From: a virus
Strand: one strand, 5' to 3'
Length of the DNA: 64,000 nt
Virus record (IMG/VR): IMGVR_UViG_3300021964_012561
Span: 50,637 to 114,636 of that record
In this document: one piece after another, positions 31,404 through 38,912 of the stretch
Layout: every line of letters begins with the position of its first letter
How positions within the stretch are numbered: position 1 is the first letter of the stretch
Notes under the pieces: model-generated
What the model was told of the DNA's origin: nothing
Seen by the model: the letters and a program-made list of their open reading frames with translations, nothing else
Databases searched by the model: none
Translations under genes and position numbers: made by a program

Positions 31404-31739
31404 ATGCCAATAGCAAAAAAAACAGTAGAAGCAAAAAAAGAAGAAGTAGCAACTCACAAGCACGATGACTTATTGAAAGAAATCAATGCACTTAAAAAAG
31501 AATTAGAAACAGTTAAGGCAGAATCAGCAGCACTTAAAGGTCAATGTCATAGCTGCTGCGGAGATTTATCAGATCTTAAAAAACAGCTTAGTAGCTTAAA
31601 ATCAGCGCCTGCAGCTAGTAAAGATGGTAGAGTTGATTTATTAATTGACATTCTTAAGCTTAATTTAGCAAAAGGAAAACCGCAAGCAGTGGCAATTAAA
31701 GATAGTAAAAAAGCTGAGGCAATTTTAAATTCTTTGTAA
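31404..31739 (+). CDS. Coiled-coil hypothetical protein
   Basis: SD AAGGAG before ATG 31404 (MPIAKK); heptad pattern; CHSCC. Confidence 0.7.
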   Translation: MPIAKKTVEAKKEEVATHKHDDLLKEINALKKELETVKAESAALKGQCHSCCGDLSDLKKQLSSLKSAPAASKDGRVDLLIDILKLNLAKGKPQAVAIKDSKKAEAILNSL

Positions 31740-31748
31740 TAATTAATA

Positions 31749-31801
31749 GCAGGCCCGGCACAAGCATAATAGCTGATCTCGCCAGTGTGTCGGAATCTTG
31801 C
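31749..31801 (+). ncRNA. Candidate structured 5'-leader RNA
   Basis: GC-rich intergenic island; GCAGG/CTTGC and CCGGCACA/TGTGTCGG pairings plus an AGC/GCT hairpin. Confidence 0.4.
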
Positions 31802-31822
31802 GAACCTAAAAGGAGGTGAATT

Positions 31823-32263
31823 ATGCCAACAATTATAGTTGATCCTAAAAAAGGACTACATCAAAAAGCAGCAACATCAACAGAACCCGCAGGTTCTTTG
31901 TCCGGACATAAAAATGTTGTTAAGACATTAACCGGTGCGACAACTTTAACTGAAACTGACAGCGGCAAAACTTTTTTATTAAGTTTATCGGAGGGGACAG
32001 TGCAATTTCCTGTTAAGCCAGGATGGCATGGAGAATTTATCATAACCGGTTCTTGTGCAGCTGTTGTTTCTGGAAGTGATGCAGGTGGAATTGCTGTTGA
32101 TGGAATTTCTAGACAGTTAGGAGGTGATGCTTCTGAGGATGCCGTCGTAATTGCGAATGGAAAAGCGACTTTTCAGGTCGGCACAACAGCTTCAGGAGAC
32201 AGAGTAAAAATAAACGTTTTGACAACTGCATTAATAGACGTGCAGACTGCAACTAGTACTTAA
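31823..32263 (+). CDS. Small beta-rich putative virion decoration protein
   Basis: Strong SD AGGAGGT; TLTGATTLTETDSGKTFLL motif; Gly/Thr/Ala-rich; has its own terminator. Confidence 0.55.
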   Translation: MPTIIVDPKKGLHQKAATSTEPAGSLSGHKNVVKTLTGATTLTETDSGKTFLLSLSEGTVQFPVKPGWHGEFIITGSCAAVVSGSDAGGIAVDGISRQLGGDASEDAVVIANGKATFQVGTTASGDRVKINVLTTALIDVQTATST

Positions 32264-32280
32264 TTTTATTTTAACTTTAT

Positions 32281-32310
32281 AAAAGACACTCATTTCGGGT
32301 GTCTTTTTTT
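32281..32310 (+). terminator. Rho-independent terminator
   Basis: AAAAGACACTC-loop-GGGTGTCTTTT followed by a T run. Confidence 0.8.
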
Positions 32311-32400
32311 ATGTTTGCAAGAAGTTACTGTTTAGTTTATGTGATACTTTAAAGTGTTAGGTGATAATTATTAAGGACATATATATTGGAGGTTACAGAG

Positions 32401-32751
32401 ATGTCTCAGTTAAACAGAAAACAGTTGAGAAAAATGCTTTTAAAAGAATTTAAAATGATTGGAATGGCTAGTCCGCATGTAGGAATGTTGGGAAGTTCAC
32501 CATTTCAGCAAAATGATCATGGTTGTGATGCATGTGGAATGTCACCTTGTGGATGTGACGAGCATGAAGATCATGATCATGGACAATTTAGTATGACAGT
32601 TGGAAAAGCTGATTATGTAGGTGGTCATAAAGGACAAGTTTCAAAAGAAGATTGTTGCAAAGCTGTGCTTTGTCTTATTGAATGCTGTGATTGTCCTGAA
32701 ACGAAAGCATTACTTCAGGAATGTTGCGAAGATATTCTTTCTCGTTGTTAA
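32401..32751 (+). CDS. Leader-bearing Cys/His-rich (metallothionein-like) protein
   Basis: SD GGAGG; MSQLNRKQLRKMLLKE; CDACGMSPCGC, HEDHDH, CC..C..CCDC..CC..C. Confidence 0.7.
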   Translation: MSQLNRKQLRKMLLKEFKMIGMASPHVGMLGSSPFQQNDHGCDACGMSPCGCDEHEDHDHGQFSMTVGKADYVGGHKGQVSKEDCCKAVLCLIECCDCPETKALLQECCEDILSRC

Positions 32752-32759
32752 TTTTATAG

Positions 32760-33149
32760 ATGTATCTAACTCGTCGCAATCTTCGATCATTGATTCTAGA
32801 ATCTATCAGTGAGATTTTAAGTGAAGCTGATCCGAAAGTAGGCACAGGTAAAAAGCCAAAAGGATCAGGTCGAAGATTGTATACAGACGAAAACCCAAAA
32901 GATACAGTTCGTGTTAAATTTTCAAATGTTTCAGATATTAGAAAAACATTTTCTAAAAAAAGTTTTAAGTCAAAATCACATAAGCGTCAATCACAAATAA
33001 TTAATTTGGTACACCAAAGGGTTCGAGCAGCATATAAAAATGCAAAAGATCCAAAAGTTAAAAAACGTTTAAAAAAAGCTTATGATTATGCTAAAAAAAG
33101 AAAAGAAGCAAGCAAAAGAAAAACAGAAAGAATGAGAAAGAAAAAATGA
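32760..33149 (+). CDS. Leader-bearing highly basic protein
   Basis: MYLTRRNLRSLILESISEILSE; GTGKKPKGSGRRLYTDENPKDTV; Lys/Arg-rich. Confidence 0.7.
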   Translation: MYLTRRNLRSLILESISEILSEADPKVGTGKKPKGSGRRLYTDENPKDTVRVKFSNVSDIRKTFSKKSFKSKSHKRQSQIINLVHQRVRAAYKNAKDPKVKKRLKKAYDYAKKRKEASKRKTERMRKKK

Positions 33150-33523
33150 AACTAACAAGAGCGTTTTTAAGAAATTTAATTAAAGAAGTTAAAGGTGACA
33201 AGTCTTGCAAAAAAGCAACACAAGATCCTGAGTACAATAAAAAGAAAAAAGAAATTGCAGCTTCAAAAAAAGACGTTGCATATGGTCCTTCTAGCAGGCC
33301 TGAATTAAAAGATTATGCAAAGAAAGGCAAACTTTGTGGTAATTGTGGTGCATTTGATGTAACAAAAGAAATGCAAAATTGCATGAATGTTAAATACCCA
33401 AAAAAAATCGACGCTAACTTTTTAATTAAAGGTAAAAAGAAAGGCTACTGTTTAATGCATGACTTTATGTGTTCAGGTCATAAGACTTGTTTGACTTGGG
33501 GTTCAGGCGGTCCGAAAAAATGA
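33146..33523 (+). CDS. Leader-bearing Cys-cluster protein (putative Fe-S or Zn binding)
   Basis: MKLTRAFLRNLIKE; CGNC..C..GYCLMHDFMC....C..W; ATGA overlaps on both sides. Confidence 0.7.
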   Translation: MKLTRAFLRNLIKEVKGDKSCKKATQDPEYNKKKKEIAASKKDVAYGPSSRPELKDYAKKGKLCGNCGAFDVTKEMQNCMNVKYPKKIDANFLIKGKKKGYCLMHDFMCSGHKTCLTWGSGGPKK

Positions 33524-33870
33524 AACTTACTAGGCAAAAATTAAAATCGCTTATTCTTGAAATCTTTTTACAAGAAAAAAAGAAACGTAAAAAGCGTAAA
33601 AAGAAAAAGATTGATTATAAAAAAGCCTATAAAAAATACCACAGTTCAAAAAAAGCTAAACAAGAGCGTGCACAAAGAAATGCTGCTGGCCGAAAATTAA
33701 AAAAGATGGGTGTTAAAATACCTAGTGGTTATGAAATAGATCATAAAAATCCGATAAATAGTGGTGGATCAAATGATTTGTCTAACTTAAGAATAATTCC
33801 TCGTGGTAAAAATAGAGCTTTAGGACAAAAAATAACAACTGCAAAAAGAAAAAAGAACGGGAGTTATTAA
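33520..33870 (+). CDS. Leader-bearing HNH endonuclease-like protein
   Basis: ATG 33520 overlaps the upstream stop; MKLTRQKLKSLILE; EIDHKNPINSGGSNDLSNLRIIPRGKNR. Confidence 0.8.
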   Translation: MKLTRQKLKSLILEIFLQEKKKRKKRKKKKIDYKKAYKKYHSSKKAKQERAQRNAAGRKLKKMGVKIPSGYEIDHKNPINSGGSNDLSNLRIIPRGKNRALGQKITTAKRKKNGSY

Positions 33871-35097
33871 ATGAAACTTACCAGAAGACAATTAAGAAAA
33901 TTAATATTAGAACAGATTAGCAATACTACATTTAAAGATGCTGAAGAGTCTGGAGTAATTCCCGAACCGGAGCATAGTACAGATCCTTACCCAGGAAAGA
34001 TAAAGTTTCCTGGTCATTCTGCAGCTGATGCAGAGCATAGAAGAGCAACCGATTTTATGAATCCTGAATATAAAGCTACACCTTTAGAACGTCAAAGAAT
34101 TAAGAATAAGGCATATGGAAATTATGTTAAAAACTTACAACAAGGTATGGAAAAAGGGGACGCTGAGCGTTTGTATGATGCACAATCTAAAGGATATCCG
34201 GACTACCTCACTATGGAGCGAGATTTAGGTAGAAAAGAAGCTTACTCTTTCCACAGCTACAACGATATGGAATTAGATCAAAAAACAAGAGAAGAGTTAG
34301 CTGCAGAATTTCCTGACATGGATTTTACAGATGTGCAACCTAGCGTTGATCTTAAATTAAGTAGCATGATAAAAAAGTTTAGAGACGAGAGTCCTGGTGG
34401 CAGAACAACAGTTTATAAACTTAACAGTTTTATTAGAGATCTAGTAGCAACTGACATATCAAAACAAGATACTGAAGTTGGAGAATTTATAGCTGCTAAT
34501 CGACCAAATTTTCTTAAGGATTATCAAGAAAAAGGTTATTATAAGGACACAAAGCTAAATGAAAATAAATTTACAAGAAAAGATTTAAGAAGCTTAATGA
34601 ACGAAGAGTTAAAAAGATTGTCATATGTCAGTAAAGAACAAGGACATACATACGGGATTGAACATTTACCCGATCAATATGATCAGAAAAAAGCAGACGA
34701 TATAATAGGACACACCTGACTGACTCATGTTCGGAAGAAGGGTTCTTCCTTAAATGAAGTTGGTTTTGTTCTTTGGCATTCCTTAAATGAAAGTGGTCAT
34801 GTTGCAATTTATGATGTTGAATGGCCTAACGGAACAATTGAAAGAAACATACCTGCACGTCTTTTAGAAAAAGTAAAAGATAGTAATGATAGTGTTGATG
34901 AACATGATGAGCATGGAGTTGTAGGTCATGAAGAAGACTCACTGTTAGGCGAAAGAAAATATAAAAAAAGAAAGAAGAAAAAGAAGTCAACAAAGAAAAA
35001 GCCTAAGTATTGGTATCTAGGTGGTTATGGAATAGACCATGATCATGATTTTGCTGATTTTGATGGAGACTTCGGCGGAGATGGAGGCGGAGAATGA
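33871..35097 (+). CDS. Leader-bearing protein with in-frame UGA at 34717-34719; candidate selenoprotein (408 aa with read-through, 282 aa without)
   Basis: Frame stays open 125 codons past the TGA and ends in an ATGA overlap with 35094; context GHT-U-LTHV; hairpin right after the UGA. Confidence 0.7.
34723..34760 (+). promoter_or_regulatory. Candidate bacterial-type SECIS element
   Basis: GGAAGAA(34733-39)-GGG-TTCTTCC(34743-49) perfect stem; lower stem TCAT/ATGA; G-containing loop starts 20 nt after the UGA. Confidence 0.65.
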
Positions 35098-35732
35098 AAA
35101 TAACAAGAAAAAATCTTAACATACTGATAGAAAGGTACTTAAAAGAGTCAGATGAAAAAACAGTGCCAGGCGATAAATTCATTGACATACTAGATAAAAA
35201 GCAAAAAAAGCAAGAAAAAAACATACATGCTGTGACAGATTTTAGAAAAGGCAGTGATAGGGGTCAATTTCCTCCATTGACGTTTGGTCCAGGAGTGGAC
35301 GATGAAGGTAATTTAGAGGGTGGTAAATTTACAACTGTCCATGATTATCACGAACCTGACCCATATGATCATGCTGCTGTTAGAAGATACAAAAAACAAC
35401 ACTATTTAGGTCCTGATGATAAGTCCGTAGATGATCCTGAAATTACAAGAATTGGCTTAGAAGACGATGAAGATACTGAAGAGTCTCCTTTTGGAACACA
35501 ATATTCTTTAGATGCTACAGATCCACAATTTAGAATGGATGATAGGACTGTAGAAGATGATGGTTTTACCGCACACAGCGATGATGACTTTCACATGGAA
35601 GACGAGTACGATGAAGATTATGAAGAATCTGAAGATTATACAGAAGAAGATACTCTTTATGATATAGACGATGACAGTGAAGATGATGGTTTGATTGCAA
35701 AAATTAGAAAGTTTTTTTCTGGAAAGAAATAA
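35094..35732 (+). CDS. Leader-bearing highly acidic protein
   Basis: MKITRKNLNILIERYLKE; Asp/Glu-rich C-half; SD GGAGG. Confidence 0.75.
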   Translation: MKITRKNLNILIERYLKESDEKTVPGDKFIDILDKKQKKQEKNIHAVTDFRKGSDRGQFPPLTFGPGVDDEGNLEGGKFTTVHDYHEPDPYDHAAVRRYKKQHYLGPDDKSVDDPEITRIGLEDDEDTEESPFGTQYSLDATDPQFRMDDRTVEDDGFTAHSDDDFHMEDEYDEDYEESEDYTEEDTLYDIDDDSEDDGLIAKIRKFFSGKK

Positions 35733-35817
35733 TTTAACGTAATAATTGTTAATAGATTAGTTGCTTTTTGAAGTCTTGTTTTGTTCGTAATATATAATAT
35801 AAACTAACGAGGTACCA

Positions 35818-36975
35818 ATGGCTATTTTTTCTCAGATATCAAACCCTACACCGTTTGGAATTTATGACAATGAATCTATTTTTCAAACAGATGCAGATAA
35901 TATGGTTACTTTTGTCAAAAGAAAACTAGGTGACGATATACTTTCTGTGGAACTTACTAAAAAACAAATTTTTGGAAATTTTGAGGAAGCTGTATTAGAA
36001 TACAGCTCAATTCTTAATCAGTATCAGGCCAAATCTCAAATGGTCAATTATTTAGGTTTTGCAACAGGAAGCGCTTTAAGCGGTAGTGAAAATAAATACC
36101 CGCGTGAAAACCTAGAATATTTGTCACGTTTCGCCGAACCTTACGCAATGGAGGCTGGAATCGGTGGTTCTTATAACTTTGTTAGTGGAACAATCAGCCT
36201 TGAGAGTGGTCGACAGGATTATGATTTATATACAGAACTAAAAAATGGGTCTGGTGATGCAATTTTTGATGATACAAAAGGTAAAATTAAAGTAGCTGAA
36301 GTATTTCATTACAATCCTCAAGCAGCATATCGATTTTTTGATACAACTTCTGCAATTAATTACCTAAACAATGAATTTAGCTTTGAATCATTTACTCCTG
36401 AAACTATTTTTTATGTTTTACCTGTTTTTGAAGACATTTTAAGGGCAGGACAATTAGATTTATCTAATCGTGTAAGAAGATCTAATTATTCTTACAAAGT
36501 AACCGGTACAAAAATTAGAATATTTCCAATACCAACAAAAAGTTCTAAAAAATTATGGGTGAGAATTAGGCAGTATCCTGATCCTAATTCACCAGCATAC
36601 AAAGATAATTCTATAACAGGAGTTTCAAACCTAAGTAATATTCCTTTCGGGAATATTCCTTATAAACAAATCAATTCCATAGGAAAACAGTGGATTAGAC
36701 AATATACAGTTGCTATTTCAATGGAGCAATTAGGTTATATTAGGGGAAAATTTGGTAATGTTCCTATTCCTGGAGGTGATGTATCTTTGAATTCATCAGA
36801 TATGATTAATAATGGTAGGTCTGATAAAGAATCTTTGGTTACTAAATTAAAGGAAATGTTAGAAACAATGACATATGATAAATTAGTTGAATTGCAAGCT
36901 ACGAGAGCAGAGCAAATTAATAAACAACTTAAATACGTTCCTGTCCCAAATGGAAAATGTGTTTATTTAGGATAG
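35818..36975 (+). CDS. Neck/head-tail adaptor protein (gp13-like)
   Basis: RKLGDDILSVELT, WIRQYT..LGYIRGKF..PIPGGDVSLN motifs; synteny. Confidence 0.8.
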   Translation: MAIFSQISNPTPFGIYDNESIFQTDADNMVTFVKRKLGDDILSVELTKKQIFGNFEEAVLEYSSILNQYQAKSQMVNYLGFATGSALSGSENKYPRENLEYLSRFAEPYAMEAGIGGSYNFVSGTISLESGRQDYDLYTELKNGSGDAIFDDTKGKIKVAEVFHYNPQAAYRFFDTTSAINYLNNEFSFESFTPETIFYVLPVFEDILRAGQLDLSNRVRRSNYSYKVTGTKIRIFPIPTKSSKKLWVRIRQYPDPNSPAYKDNSITGVSNLSNIPFGNIPYKQINSIGKQWIRQYTVAISMEQLGYIRGKFGNVPIPGGDVSLNSSDMINNGRSDKESLVTKLKEMLETMTYDKLVELQATRAEQINKQLKYVPVPNGKCVYLG

Positions 36976-36985
36976 GAGTAAAATT

Positions 36986-37651
36986 ATGGCACGACTTTTT
37001 ATCTCACCTAGAGAAATTAACTTTATAAATGATTTAGCCAAAGAACTTGTAAAAGATATAGCAGGGCAAAAAATTTACTATTTCCCAGTATCAGAAGTAA
37101 AGTCAAGAGTACACGATATATACGAAGAAGCAATAGATAAAATTTTTGATGACCCAATTGAAATTGAGTGTTTTGTTAAGTATGAAGAACCTGCTACAAA
37201 AACAGATAGGTTTGGTTCCGAAAAATACTTCTCAGTGACTGCTTACATTCAGTCAAGAGACTTATTAGATAAAGGAATAGAGATTTTAGAAGGTGACTTC
37301 TTTTCATATGGGTCTGTTTTTTTTGAAGTTGTAACAAGCCCGGGAACAAATGTAATTTTTGGTCAAATTGAACACGGTCAGTATATTACAGTCACAGGTA
37401 AACAATCAAGAAAATCTAACTTTATTGCTAAAGTTTTCGGACCTACATCAGAAGAATATACAGATGCTGATGCTGTTCAAGAAACATTTGTACAACAAAG
37501 AGGATTTGAAGAAAATAGATTAGGAAAAACAGCTGATAAAAGAGAATTACAAGAAAATGGTGTTTTGGAAAAGCCGATTAGTGGCCCAAGAGAAGTATCT
37601 AAAAAAGGAGATAATTCTAATGTAGGTTCTTCTTTTTATGGAGATGAATAA
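36986..37651 (+). CDS. Neck/head-closure protein (gp14-like)
   Basis: GQKIYYFP..IYEEA..F..PIEI and EGDFF motifs; synteny. Confidence 0.7.
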   Translation: MARLFISPREINFINDLAKELVKDIAGQKIYYFPVSEVKSRVHDIYEEAIDKIFDDPIEIECFVKYEEPATKTDRFGSEKYFSVTAYIQSRDLLDKGIEILEGDFFSYGSVFFEVVTSPGTNVIFGQIEHGQYITVTGKQSRKSNFIAKVFGPTSEEYTDADAVQETFVQQRGFEENRLGKTADKRELQENGVLEKPISGPREVSKKGDNSNVGSSFYGDE

Positions 37652-38856
37652 TGTCTAAATTTGGTGATAAAATCTTTAGTCAATTTGATGGAACAAATGT
37701 TCCTGATGATTTTGAGTTTCCTTCAATTGAAATTGAAGATATTGACAGGGCAGTATTTAATTTATTTGATAAAACAATAGGGTTTGAAGTTGAAGAAAAA
37801 GGATCTTCAAGAAAAGTTCCTGTTATCTTTGCAACTGGAGAACGATTCGCCTTAACTAGGAGAAAGAATTCAATTAGGGATAAAAACAACGCGTTAATTC
37901 TGCCTCTAATTTCTATACTCAGAGGTGAAATTGACGTAAGTCCTAGTCAACATAACAAAGGCACGGCAATAGCATACAGAGATCAGCCTAATTACTATAT
38001 TAAAAAAAGACTTTCTAAAAAAGATAGAAAATATCAAAATTTAATAAATAAACAAAAAATTAAAAACCAAGATAACGTTGCTCAAAATAGTTCTTTCATA
38101 GATGATTCTATTTATCCGGGCAAATTTTCTTCTCCCGGTACTATCGCAAATAGAAGTAATAAAAGCAATAATAGTTTATTTAAAGGTGTTAACATTAATT
38201 TAGCAAATGATCTTAAAGATAACATTTTTGAAATAATAGAAGTACCTTATCCTAAATTTATGTCTATTAAATATGAAGTTGTTTTTTGGTGTCAATATAT
38301 GCAACAAGCAAATCAAATGCTACAAATGGTTTTTAGAAATTATAAAGGGCAAGGTCATGAAATACCAATAACTACTTCTAGCGGATACGAATTAGTAGCT
38401 TATTTTAGTGAGACTTTTTCCTTAGATAGTAATTTTACTGACTTTACTAACGAAGAAAGAATGGTCAAATATGCATTTGGAATCACGATTCCAGGATACA
38501 TGATTAATCCAAAGTCTGTGAAGGGATTACCAAATCAATTAAGAACTTATATGTCTGCTCCTTTTATTGATTTTGGCTACAAAGATTCAGCAAATAAAAT
38601 TGTCTTAAGAAATAAAAGTCAAACTATAAAAGACGAAAACGCAAACAAGAACGTCTTGTCAGACTTAAATAACATAAACGAATTTAAAGAACAAAAGAGA
38701 GGAGAAACATCAGAAGAAATTGAACATTATGTGCAAAACCCTTTTACAGGGAAAAAAGAAGTAAGATTCTCAAAAGTTTTGGGAAAAAACAAAAGAACAG
38801 GAGAATCTGTGATTTCTCCGCTTATAGTCAAAGACATTGAAAAGCAAAACGAATAA
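37651..38856 (+). CDS. Tail terminator/sheath stabiliser (gp15-like)
   Basis: KVPVIFATGERF and LPLISILR motifs; sits just before the sheath. Confidence 0.7.
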   Translation: MSKFGDKIFSQFDGTNVPDDFEFPSIEIEDIDRAVFNLFDKTIGFEVEEKGSSRKVPVIFATGERFALTRRKNSIRDKNNALILPLISILRGEIDVSPSQHNKGTAIAYRDQPNYYIKKRLSKKDRKYQNLINKQKIKNQDNVAQNSSFIDDSIYPGKFSSPGTIANRSNKSNNSLFKGVNINLANDLKDNIFEIIEVPYPKFMSIKYEVVFWCQYMQQANQMLQMVFRNYKGQGHEIPITTSSGYELVAYFSETFSLDSNFTDFTNEERMVKYAFGITIPGYMINPKSVKGLPNQLRTYMSAPFIDFGYKDSANKIVLRNKSQTIKDENANKNVLSDLNNINEFKEQKRGETSEEIEHYVQNPFTGKKEVRFSKVLGKNKRTGESVISPLIVKDIEKQNE

Positions 38857-38912
38857 TTAAATGATGTTTCTATGTTTTTAAGATAATTAATTAAGAATTG
38901 AAGGAGTTATGA

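Noticed and set aside
31749-31801. tRNA (including tRNA-Sec) or hammerhead ribozyme
   Set aside because: Too short, no T-loop or cloverleaf; CTGATCT does not match the CUGANGA/GAAA core.
33520-33870. HNH gene as a mobile homing endonuclease
   Set aside because: It is not in an intron or beside a conserved target, lacks an extra DNA-binding domain, and carries the shared leader within a coupled operon.
35003-35224. Minus-strand 73-aa ORF that could fill the gap after 34719
   Set aside because: It is an antisense shadow with no SD. The plus-strand read-through frame explains the region better.
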